Shown here in pieces: positions 11,071-21,735 of a stretch of 32,182 nt of DNA. A program made the position numbers and the translations under genes. A model generated the notes under the pieces. The model saw nothing but the letters and a program-made list of their open reading frames with translations, ran no database searches and was not told where the DNA came from. The first letter of the stretch is position 1, and every line of letters begins with the position of its first letter. The DNA comes from Octopus sinensis (lineage: Eukaryota): assembly GCF_006345805.1 (NCBI RefSeq), contig NW_021829638.1, positions 1 to 32,182 on the forward strand, written 5' to 3'.

Positions 11071-11568
11071 TATGTATATAATCAAGAAAAATAACCTCTA
11101 TTAAGCAATTCAATAGTGAAAGACATTATCTATATTATATAGAAAAATTTAAATATACTATAATAAATATTATTTAAAAAATCACTAAATTAAATAAACA
11201 TTAAATTGGCTACGCGTGTCTCGTGACTATATCTTGAAATCGATAATAATAAAATCGATACTATTAAAATTGATATAAATTCCATTTAAAAATATAGCCA
11301 CTTTATACATTTATTTTATTATTTTAAACCTGAAGAGTAGCTATATTTATAAATCGAATGAATTTTAATTTTAATAGTATCAATTTTATTATTATCGATT
11401 TAAAGATATAGTCACGAAACGCGTGTAGTCAATTAAATATTTATTTAATTTAGTGATTTAAAAAAAAATATTTATCATATTATATTTAAATGTTTTCTAT
11501 ATAGTATAGATAATGTTTTTCACTATTGAATTGCTTAATAGAGGTTATTTCTCTTAATTATATACATA
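11071..11568. mobile_element. about 500-bp AT-rich fold-back (palindromic) element
   Basis: The left arm (AAATAACCTCTATTAAGCAATTCAATAGTGAAA..TCGTGACTATATCTT..AAATATAGC) is mirrored by the right arm (GCTATATTT..AAGATATAGTCACGA..TTTCACTATTGAATTGCTTAATAGAGGTTATTT). The spacer is about 35-40 nt. Confidence 0.85.
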
Positions 11569-11721
11569 TATTATATATTGTGAAATTTGATTTAGCTAAA
11601 TTGAATTTTTCCCTGTAAGTTTGGAATTATATTCCCTACTATCATATATATGTGAGTGTGTGTGTGTGTCTGTGTGTCTATGTGCGTGCGTCCGTTTCTG
11701 TGTGTGTGTGTATGTGTCTGT

Positions 11722-12040
11722 GGGTGTCGCTGTTTAGTAAGAAGTTTTCTTACCAACTAAATAGTCCCTGGTTCAGTCTCACTGCGTTGTAATTTTAGCG
11801 AGTGTTTTTTACTGTCTCGGACGGATCAAAGCCGTGTTAGTCGATTTGGTCGAGGAAAACTGAAGGAAGCTCGTTGTATATATGTGTATATATACACCTA
11901 AGTGTGTGTGCTTTTGTGTTTGTGTCCTACCACTGCTTGACAACTACTGTTGGAGTATGTATGGCTCTGAACATTAGTGTCTCGGCAAAAACGAACAGAT
12001 AGAATAAGTACCAGGGAATAGAAAGATACTGAGGTCGACA
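11722..12040 (+). mobile_element. degenerate SINE, same family as 4135-4553, lacking tail
   Basis: GGTTCAGTCTCACTGCG..GAAAACTGAAGGAAGCTCGTTGTATATATG..TGCTTGACAAC..GATAGAATAAGTACCAG. Confidence 0.7.
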
Positions 12041-12264
12041 TGTGCGTGTGCCTTTATGTGTGTATGTGTATGTGTGCGTGTGTGTGTGTGTGTGTGTACA
12101 AGCAGAAAAATGTAGATGGATATATAAAAACTTGCGCATTTGTATATATGGATGTACATGTTTGTGTGTGCTTATATACTTAAAGGTTGATAAACGTCTG
12201 TAGTTTACACGTATTTTCACGGTTCAATAATTGCAAGTTCAATCTTGTACTTATAATTTCTTAA

Positions 12265-12708
12265 TTTACTCTTTTAATCTTTTACTTTTGACTATAGCCA
12301 TACTGGAGCACCGCCTTTAGTCGAGCAAATCGATCCCAGGACTTATTTTTTGTAAGCCTAGTATTTATCCTATCAGTCATTTTTGCCGAACTGCTAAGTT
12401 AAGGGGACGTAAACACTCCAATATCGGTTGTCAAGCGATACAGATAGACACAGACAGGCAGACAGACAGACACACACACACATATATATATACACACGCA
12501 CGCACGCAAACACACACACACATATATATATATACTTATATATGACGGGTTTCTTTCAGTTTCCGTCTAACAAATCCTCTCACAAGGCTTTGGTCAGCCC
12601 GAGGCTATAATAGAAGATACTTGCCCAAGGTGCCACGCAGTGGGACTGAATCCAGAATCATGTGGTTGGTAAGCAAGCTACTTGCCACACAGGTACGCCT
12701 GCACCTAT
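12265..12708 (-). mobile_element. full SINE, same family as 4135-4553
   Basis: CCATACTGGAGCACCGCCTTTA (tail), CAGTTTCCGTCTAACAAATCC, TTGCCCAAGGTGCCACGCAGTGGGACTGAA (CORE-like and B box, reverse complement). Confidence 0.87.
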
Positions 12709-12886
12709 GAGCCAAACCCTTTTTGTTTCGCGTACCCCAGCTTCTGAATATTGATACTATGGCAGTTTCGTGTGTGTGTATGTGTGTGTGTCTTCAAAGA
12801 GTGTCTCAGCATGACCCCAGTTTTAAACAAACAAATAAAAAATAAATGATAAAAGATATGGCTGATTCGTTACTATCTTGCGGTTA

Positions 12887-12932
12887 ACTCACACTGAAGA
12901 CGGATAACAACCAGAAACCTAGGTCTGTGGGT
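12887..12932 (+). ncRNA. minimal type I hammerhead ribozyme motif (Penelope/retrozyme type)
   Basis: ACUCACA-CUGAAGA-CGG auaacaa CCA-GAAA-C cuag G-UC-UGUGGGU. Stem I has 7 bp (one G-U), the core is CUGANGA/GAAA, stem III is 2 bp with a palindromic loop (ACCUAGGU), and the cleavage triplet is GUC (12923-12925). Stem II has a C-A mismatch at its base. Confidence 0.65.
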
Positions 12933-13042
12933 ATCACGTAAGGCTAGAGATGTGAGAGATGACCTCCCTTGCAGATGCTATAAGGACGCAGACTGTGGTG
13001 TCGATAGCCAGCTGGAAAAGAGGTTTTCTGAGGCTATAAAAC

Positions 13043-13096
13043 ATAACATCGTCCTATATAGGACTGCCACCTTCTGTTGGCATATAAACATTATGC

Positions 13097-13131
<35 letters not shown>

Positions 13132-13134
13132 ATA

Positions 13135-13179
<45 letters not shown>

Positions 13180-13387
13180 CATATAATATATACATATATA
13201 TATACATATATACAATATATATATATATGTATATATATACAGATATATATATATATTATATTAGAAAATTGAGGTAATCAGATCAGATGGTTCATATTTG
13301 TAGTATTTATTTATATTACATTTTTTACATATATATCATATCATTCGGATTAGCGCTTGCTCCCATTCTAGTGGGTTTTCAAATCAA

Positions 13388-13420
<33 letters not shown>

Positions 13421-13507
13421 AATATATATATATATATTATATATATATATATATTATAATGTTTATATGCCAACAGAAGGTGGCAGTCCTATATAGGACG
13501 ATGTTAT
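13043..13507. repeat. perfect 52-bp inverted repeat enclosing TA-rich spacer
   Basis: 13043-13094 is the exact reverse complement of 13456-13507. Each arm contains the 14-bp palindrome GTCCTATATAGGAC. Confidence 0.9.
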
Positions 13508-14207
13508 TGTTGTTACAGCCCGAGGCTATAATATAATATATTATAATTATATATTATACGTCAAAGGTAGTGGGTAGCGAACTTCTTCACTACTTCAGGG
13601 AGTAACGACCTGCCTGACACGAGTTCCGGGCTCAGCTGGCTCCGGCTGACAGTACCCGGTATGGGCCCCTATCCAGGGTTACGGAAAGGAGACAACCTTC
13701 AAAGAAATCCGGAGTGGAGCCCGGAAGGCGGTCTAGTGTTCGACTCGACACTCTTCCGGCAGCTCCTGCAACCAAGCTGGTGCCAAACGTAATGCACTGC
13801 ACTCCACTGGACTACATCAGCAAGGTCGAGAGAGGAAACCTGACGATTGGGCTACCCAGGACTTTCTTACCCATAGCCCAGGCCAGCGCAAAACTGGAGA
13901 GGACACTTCAATGCTGCTGTAAAAAGCTGCAGAAACAACACGGGAGGTAACAGTCACGAGTGATAAGTCCATTCAGATTGGCGTAAAATATGGGCGCTAC
14001 GGGTTACCTCTGACGGTGGGAGGGACTTCCGTGTCCTATTGGTTAGCTACTGCCCACCTCAAGCTGGGCAGCCCCCAGTTAATAAGGTGCTGACCCGCCA
14101 CACCGCCTGCTCCATTGGGTGCTTGGAGCTAAGAGTACGACTCGAAAAGCGGCCTGCAACCTCTGCACCAGGCAAGCAACTAAAGTCAAGAAAAACCAGT
14201 TCTGCGG

Positions 14208-15191
14208 TTGGCAAGCTGGAATGTCAGGACCATGTGTCCTGGAATATCTGATGATCTTCTCAGGATTGAAGACACAAGGAAAACGGCCATCATTGACCGT
14301 GAACTAAAGAGGCTCAGCATAGATATTGCTGGGCTGCAGGAGACAAGACTTCCCTCAAACGGCAAACCCAAAGAGCAGGACTTCACCTCTTTTTTGCAGG
14401 GAAGAGATCCAGAAGAACCTCGTCAACATGGCGTTGGCTTTGCAGTGAGAAACTCACTACTCTCCTCAATAGAACCACCATCGGGAGGCACTGAGCGTAT
14501 CCTCTCACTGCGCCTCTCGACTTCTTCTGGTTCAGTACAGCTACTCAGCATCTATGCTCCCACTCTCTACAGCTCAGAGGAGACCAAGGACCAGTTCTAC
14601 AAAGATCTCAACTGTGTCATAGAAAATATACCAACGACTGAAAATATCTACCTTCTAGGGGATTTTAACGCTCGCGTGGGATCTGACCATGATTCGTGGC
14701 CCATTTGTGTTGGACACTTTGGTATTGGCAACATGAATGACAATGGTCAGAGACTACTCGAATTCTGCACATACCACAACCTGTGCATCACAAACACATT
14801 CTTTACCAACAATCCATCCTACAAGGCATCCTGGAGACATCCAAGATCTCACCACTGGCATCAGCTGGATCTCATCATTACACGGAGATCCTTTCTGAAT
14901 TCTACTCTATTGACCCGCAGTTACCACAGCGCGGATTGTGACACAGACCACTCACTAATTAGAAGCAGGGTGAGGATTCTGCCTAAAAAAGTCCATCGCT
15001 CCAAGAAAGTGGGTCGACCACGCATCAACACCGCCAGAACCTCGGACCCTACACTGCGAAAATGTTTTGCTGCTTCTATCAAGGTTGCCCTCAGTAGCTG
15101 CCCAACCTCCTCTGCTGAAAGTAGGTGGGACTATATCAGGGAAGCCTTGTATACGACATCATTGGATACTTTCGGCATGAGAGAAAGGTAA
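14208..15191 (+). pseudogene. RTE apurinic-like endonuclease (APE) domain
   Basis: ASWNVRT, AGLQETRL, HGVGFAV, SIYAPT, LLGDFNARVG, ITNTFF, SWRHPRSHHWHQLDLII, SADCDTDHSL. Confidence 0.92.
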
Positions 15192-15260
15192 AACCCAGAT
15201 TGGTTCAATGCTGGGCTCTCAGAGCTGGAGCCAGTTATCGAAGCAAAGCGTGCAGCTCTG

Positions 15261-17350
15261 GTGCAATACAAGAGTGACTCTTCTACAAAGTCATTCGAAG
15301 AACTCAGAAAGGCACGAAATAAAACCCAACTGACAGCCAGACGCTGTGCAAATAGGTATTGGCAGGAAATCTGTCAGAGTATCCAGTCAGCTGCTGACAG
15401 GAGCGACACCCGTGGGATGTATGCCGGTTTGAAGAAGGCCCTCGGTCCATCCGCAACCAAGTCAGCCCCTCTGAAATCAAGTACTGGAGATCTCATCAGG
15501 GATCAAGGCAAGCAAATGGATAGATGGGTGGATCTCTACTCACGGGAAACCACAGTGGCTGAGGCTGCAGTCGAGAGTGTCAAGATCTTGCCAGTCATGT
15601 GCGAACTTGACAGTCCGCCATCTATAGCAGAGCTCACCAAGGCTGTTGACTCCCTAGCAAGAAATAAGGCTCCGGGAAAAGACGGTATCCCCTCAGAGAT
15701 CATCAAAGCCGGCAAAAACACCATCCTGCTTCGGCACCTTCATGAGCTTCTGTGTCAGTGCTGGGAAGAGGGGACAGTCCCTCAGGATATGCGGGATGCC
15801 AACATCATTACGCTTTACAAAAACAAAGGGACCGTGGTGATTGTAACAATTACCGTGGTATATCCCTTCTAAGCACTGTTGGAAAGACTTTGCCCGCGTT
15901 ATCCTGGCCAGGCTACAACTACTTGCTTCTCGAATCTATCCGGAATCGCAGTGTGGCTTTAGAAGAAGCAGATCAACTATCGATATGATATTCTCCATAC
16001 GCCAACTTCAGGAGAAGTCCAGAGAGCAGAAAATGCCATTATATGGGCCTTCATTGATCTAACAAAGGCTTTTGACTCGGTAAGCAGAACAGGCCTCTTC
16101 CTCCTGCTCCAAAAATCGGATGTCCACCAAAGCTGCTGAGGATCATCAAGTCTTTCCATGATGACATGCAAGGCACCATACAGCACAACGGTTCAACATC
16201 AGCCGCCTTCCAAATAAAAACGGGGTAAAGCAAGGCTGTGTCCTCGCTCCTACATTGTTTGGCATCTTCTTCTCACTCTTACTTCACATGCCTTTCAGAC
16301 ATCAGATGATGGAGTGTTTCTGAACAGTAGAAGTGACGGGAAACTGTTCAATCTCTCGCGCGCCTGCGTGCCAAGACCAAAATCAGAAACGTCCTGATCA
16401 AGGAGATGTTATTTGCTGATGATGCCGCTCTGGTAACACACACAGAAGAAGCCCTCCAAAGGCTCATTAACTGTTTTGAGCAAGCATGTAACGACTTTGG
16501 CTTAGCTATCAGCCTTAAGAAGACCAACATCATGGGCCAGGCTACATCGGACATCCCAAACATACATATTGGAGACCACAGATTCCAAGAGGTGGAGAAG
16601 TTTACATATCTGGGCTCTACCGTCACCTACAACCTATCCCTTGACGCTGAGCTCATATACGCATTGCAAGGCAGCTGCTGCGATGGCCCAACTCTCCAAA
16701 CGGGCTTGGGACAACAATAAGCTGACCAAGACTAACGAAAATGAAGATCTACCAGCATGTTTACTCAGCACTCTACTGTATGGAAGTGAGACCTGGACGC
16801 TATACACATGCCAAGAGCGTCGCCTAAACATCTTTCACCTGCGCTGCCTCCGAAAAATTCCCCGCATCAAATGGCAGAATCATACCCCCAACAAAGATGT
16901 CCTCAGTCAAGCAGGAATACCAAGCATGTTTCACTCCTCACACAAAGACGTATGAGATGGCTTGGGCATGTTAGCCGTATGAAAGATGGCAGAATCCCCA
17001 AGGACATACTCTACGGAGAGCTTGCTAGGGGTACTAGGTCTGTGGGTAGACCGATCTTACGTTACAGGGATGTTTGCAAAAGGGATATGAAGGCCTGCAA
17101 CATCAATATTAGCGGTTGGGAGGCAGTTGCCGGCAACCGTGGAGAATGGCGACGTACAGTAAAAAAGGGAATACAAAGAGTGACAGAGAGAGAGAGGAGA
17201 AATGGAAAGAAAGGAAGAGACGTAACAAAGAGACTATGGCATTACAACCAGCCAGGAACAGTCTTCGCTACATTTGCGGTACCTGCCAGAGGGATGTTTT
17301 TGTCCAGGATGGGACTACACAGCCACAGCACGAAATGTATCAGGACATGA
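15261..17350 (+). pseudogene. RTE reverse transcriptase, broken over several frames
   Basis: KAPGKDGIP, NYRGISLLSTVGK, FIDLTKAFDSV, GVKQGCVLAP, MLFADDAAL, EKFTYLGST, LLYGSETWT, RWLGHVSRM.DGRIPKDILYGEL. Confidence 0.92.
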
Positions 17351-17446
17351 AATATAGAAGCCGGACAGACTACAAAAAAAAAAAACAAAAAAAAACATGC
17401 GCATCCATTGTCTCCCGAGGCAGAACGGATTCCAATACAATATATT

Positions 17447-17499
<53 letters not shown>

Positions 17500-18370
17500 T
17501 ATTTCGGAATGGTCATATTGCCAGTTTAGCCAATAAAAACACACGCACTATATATTTGGTGTTATTTTGCTTCAGTGTTATTTATTTTTTTTACATTAAT
17601 CTTTTTTACATTAATCTATGTCGGCCAGAGTTCTTTCGTCACACTCCTGTGACCGCATCAGTGGTCCTTTGTTTTCTTCTTTCTTATTTGTGTCTCTCCT
17701 TACTAACCGTCAGCCATTTTGTATTTCTATTGTATGTCTTCATTTGCGCATGCTTATATCTCTATGTGCGTCTATGTTTATTTAGTGTGCGTATGTGGGG
17801 AGATGCCTGTAATATTTGTATCTTCTGTTTATATGTTTCATTAATTTGTATTTTGTTTTTGTTGTTTTTGTTTATTCTTATTTTGTTCATGTGTTTACAT
17901 CCACTTATTATTATCATTACATATGCTTGTTGTATGTATGTATGTATGTATAACAACATTCTAGTATAATAATAATAAATCGAATCGAAAAAAAAATATA
18001 TATATAGTTATTTACTTCTATTTGTTTATTTACCTGTGTATTTATTATGTTTTCGGGATCCTCTATCGTCATATGTTGTAGTGTGTGTTAGTGCTCCATT
18101 CTAGTTTTCTATTCAGGCTAGGTTTACTTTCTATTATGTGTGTAGCTTCTGTAATTTGTGTAATTGTTGCGTATACTAGACGGCTAATTTCCATTTAACT
18201 ACGCATTGTCTTTTCTCTGTCACAGAGCACACTGTTTCATCAGTTGTGGTTATATTCTACATAGGTCTTTCGCAGGAACACTCCATTAGTACCTTTTGAT
18301 ATTGTGGATATTCCTCCACATCACTGCAACTTCTTATATTTCTATTTAAGTCAATCCTTCCTGCCTATTG
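17500..18370 (-). mobile_element. Penelope-like element remnant: GIY-YIG C-terminal tail followed by pLTR-like 3' region
   Basis: The minus strand at 18149-18069 reads EATHIIESKPSLNRKLEWSTNTHYNI*, similar to the EA.HI...PSLNR end of Penelope-type endonucleases. A hammerhead-like motif lies downstream on the same strand. Confidence 0.5.
17623..17667 (-). ncRNA. degenerate minimal type I hammerhead motif
   Basis: GGACCA-CUGAUGCG-GUCAC aggagu GUGAC-GAAA-G aa C-UC-UGGCC. Stem II is a perfect 5 bp and stem I is 5/6, but the core has CG in place of A9. Confidence 0.45.
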
Positions 18371-18475
18371 AATTATATATATGGACCACTACATTGCTTC
18401 ATGGGCAGTGAGTATTGTGATGACATTTTCACACAAATGTTTATGATGTGGACCATATCTATTGCGTTAGTTCTG

Positions 18476-18531
<56 letters not shown>

Positions 18532-18595
18532 TGTTGTTATTGTTGGTGGTGGTGGTGGTGGTGGTGGTGGTGGTGGTGGTGGTGGTGGTGGTGGT
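18476..18595. repeat. compound microsatellite (GTA)n-(GTT)n-(GGT)n
   Basis: Read directly. Confidence 0.98.
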
Positions 18596-20219
18596 ACAGT
18601 TGCCAGTCTTGATTAAACAGACCTCTGATGAAAAGCGTTCCACTCGTAACCGCATTTTTATTTCAAGGACTACACAATTTCCAACATATCATTCCGTATT
18701 TAAAGCAGTGAGGGAAAATTGGCTGTTATTTTTCGTTAGCTCGAGTAAACAAAATCATTGGATATATTTTCATCTTGAATTTTTGCCTCCATTTTTAACT
18801 GAAAAACACAATTCCCTCTCTTTTACTCTCCCTCTCACTACAACTTCTTACCCTCTTTCTCTCTCCATCTCTCACTCTCCCTTCTCTAACCTTCTCACTC
18901 TTTCTCCTTCTATTCCTCTCACTTCCCCTTTCTCTCTCTTTCCCTATCGCTTTTATCTTTCTCTCTCTCCTTCCTCCTTTCTTCAATCATTATCAATCAT
19001 CTATAGTAATTTAGACGGCGACGACTTTATTCTATTCTGTATATCTTAGAACAGTTTTGCGTACTTTGCGGTTTTAAGAATGCAATTGACTGTACAAAAG
19101 AATGTTTGTTAGTCCGTTATTGTTCTTGTGTAAGACGTGACCAAACTAGAAGAACTGAGACTTAAGGAGCGGTTTCTTTATTCTATTGACCTTATATTTC
19201 AACAACAATAATAATAACAACAACAGCAATAACTACAACAACTATAATAAACAAAATTGTTGTTTTTCTTTGAGAAGTTATCCTCCACCCGTCCACTACC
19301 TTTCTTCTTCCAAACTGGTTTATGATACGTATCGATTGAAAGTCGACATCTCTCAAATCACTCGAGCTGCGCTATGAACTTCCGTTAAAGGGGTCTGGGA
19401 TTTAAAAACCACGAAACGAAAGCTATAAGAAGAAGAATGAGTGAGAAATATTGAGATATCTTGAAAGATGATTTAATACTGTGAAATTCCATCCATTCGT
19501 TGTGTGACAGTTTGACAAAAGATGTGCTTGTTTTAGAAAACTGTATTAAGCTATCTGACTAGCATGTTTATAAGTTGGCAATAACAATATAACCATGCAT
19601 TGTGGACACGCTCAAGAGCTCAGTCGTCAACAAAGAATAATTTTGGCTCGTTAGGAGAAATGTCATGTTGTGACTGATAGGTCTACTTAGTTCCCTCCCC
19701 ACGCCCTTTTTTTCTTTTATTTTAATTACGTTTAGACTGGAAATCATTTGTGGACGACGGATGTAAACGATGTACAATTTATTGCAAACCATCCGTTATT
19801 GATTGATAGATGGAAGAACTCAGTAACCCGAAAATAAGTATAGAAAGTAAATTAAATGCGTAAATTGCATCGAAGCATTTCATGATAATAAAAAAATATT
19901 CTTTTGGGTTTCTGAATTTAAATTTGCAAACCATCACGCCTTTTTAACACTGAGATATGTTGCCATAACTGGAAACAATTAATAAAATAGCACAGAAATC
20001 AACACCGAGCCTCAGTATCGTTCTTTTTCACCGACAAATATTCGGAACATTATCCAATGAAGTAAAGATAGAGGATTGAGTCATCATCTGTATCAGGAAA
20101 CATGACTTCATCATCATCATCATCAACAACAACAATCATTACATCAGCAGTTAGTGATAATATTTCGTAACTAAGTCTTAAAGGTGCTAGTGACACAAAC
20201 TTGGCTGATACTATGATCT

Positions 20220-21400
20220 GTACTATGTCGATACAGGAAAGTCATTAGCATGCAGGAAACGGAGACTTTATCAGGTTGAAATATTGTTCAACAAAGAAGA
20301 GAGGCACTCCGCTCTCTTCACTCTGGAGTGAAAAAGATACAACAACGTAGTGTGATCGAACTGCCATATGGGATCCACGTTCTCTTGATGTGGAAAATCA
20401 GCAAAACATAATGTCTTAGCCATCAAAAGAGTATTATGCTGAATCATACCAAGGAAAAAATATTTGCAACTGATTGTAATGAGTTTATGTGCGTATTTTC
20501 ACGCTGCCTTGCGATTTATTTGCATATGTTACTTCTACGTCTCACGCCTCTCATTGTTTCTCCAAAAAGCTTTATCTTCTCATTGACTCGAGCATCCTCA
20601 GATACTCTCAAGAGCCAGCTGTGTGAGACAAGCCTTCCTGTAATTATCCATCCAACATCTAAAGTATCAGAAATGGATTCTATACTATCTTCGTGAGAGT
20701 TTATTCTCCTCTAATGATCAAATCTGATAGTGCAAAATGTGTTTTTCAATACTCTACGGGTGACCACCCACAATGTACCTCACTGTGACAAGCTAACTAA
20801 CTGATACGAAAGGATGAGTTCAGTGTCTACATAGGACAAGAAAGAGTGGAATTGACCAAATGTTGTTGGCAAACATGGCATGGAGAAATGTGACTGTGAA
20901 ATGAAATTTCTATATTGCGTCCCAAGAAGGGCTGTATCATTAACATCTTCAAACAAAACAAAGCAGGGAAAAGTAAACATCAAGATTGGTTTTCTTGCGA
21001 GTATACAACACTTGTTCCATTTTTAGACCAACAAGACCAAGCTTACGACAAGTATCTCTAGGTTTTCAACATTAATTCAAGTAAATTCAGAGAAGCAACT
21101 GGGGAGACTGAAACACTTCACCTGCAAGATGAAACTGAAGCAATGAAGAAACGAAACGATCTAATTTCTTTGTTTAAATTTGTTCGTACAAAAACATTTG
21201 TAGCATCTGTATTGGACTGAACGACTTTAAGAGACTCAGAGAAGGAATACCACTCATCTAAAAAAAAACTGATAAGTCAAATTATTTTCCAGGAAACAGG
21301 ACAAATACTTGACCTCCTTGCGGAGCGATTTCTATTAATCAATATTGTGAGAAGTGAACTGGGTGAGGAACTTGGCAAAAGATATACGACGCATAACAAA
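20220..21400 (+). mobile_element. old RTE-clade LINE fragment (APE domain), heavily decayed, interrupted at 20490-20665
   Basis: MQETETLSG (QETRL-like), then after the interruption IRNGFYTIFVRVYSPLMIKSD..VPHCDKL..NVVGKHGMEKC, matching the order TIVSVYAPT..VPKSDKL..GVVGKHGVGKC of RTE endonucleases. Confidence 0.55.
20490..20665 (-). repeat. 176-bp duplicate of internal RT segment 24932-25111
   Basis: Direct alignment by eye gives 2 substitutions and 5 small indels relative to 24932-25111. Confidence 0.92.
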
Positions 21401-21480
21401 ACTGATGTATGAATACGGACGGATTATAATTATTGTTGTTGCTGTTGTTTTTGTTGTTATTTACTTTTAATCTACATGTT

Positions 21481-21735
21481 ACAATCACTTGCCGAGACAC
21501 ACTCAGCGTCCTAGGGTGAACGAAGGATAAGAGATGTTACAGTATGGCTGAAAGCTTCGGGAGGGGAAGTGGCAGGGCAGTAACGAAATATCTTCATGTA
21601 GTACAACACAGACTTTTAATTGGTAAGGTTTTCCTAAGGATGTGGGCAGTACTTGTCAGCACAATCTTTAGGATTTCTCTGAGACATAGTTCTCCTGGGA
21701 TTTTAGCTAGATGTTTCTGGCATCCCTTTTACACC
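21481..21735 (-). mobile_element. R4/Dong-like LINE extreme 3' end
   Basis: KHLAKIPGELCLREILKIVLTSTAHILRKTL, then a 3' UTR and an (AAC/AAT)-rich tail at about 21430-21465. Confidence 0.75.

Larger units (their letters stand above)
13560..17439 (+). mobile_element. apparently full-length RTE-clade LINE (about 3.9 kb), frameshifted
   Basis: About 620-nt GC-rich 5' UTR, then APE endonuclease, RT and a C-terminal Cys/His motif. The 3' end is CCATTGTCTCCCGAGGCAGAACGGATTCCAATACA. ATATATTATAC occurs at 13549-13559 and 17440-17450 (11-bp candidate TSD in low-complexity context). Confidence 0.92.

Noticed and set aside
13560-14200. HDV-like ribozyme expected at the 5' end of some RTE and R4-type elements
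   Set aside because: I found no T(T/C)CHCG loop-3 motif or nested double pseudoknot here, or in the Dong-like 5' region near 2900-3110. A descriptor search would be needed to exclude variants.
18620-18655. CTGATGAAAAGCGTTCCACTCGTAAC, hammerhead-like start
   Set aside because: No GAAA, no paired stem II and no stem I.
19725-19840. Pyrimidine tract plus AG followed by a short open frame (TGNHLWTTDV..)
   Set aside because: No recognisable domain and no convincing donor, so I cannot support an exon without RNA data.
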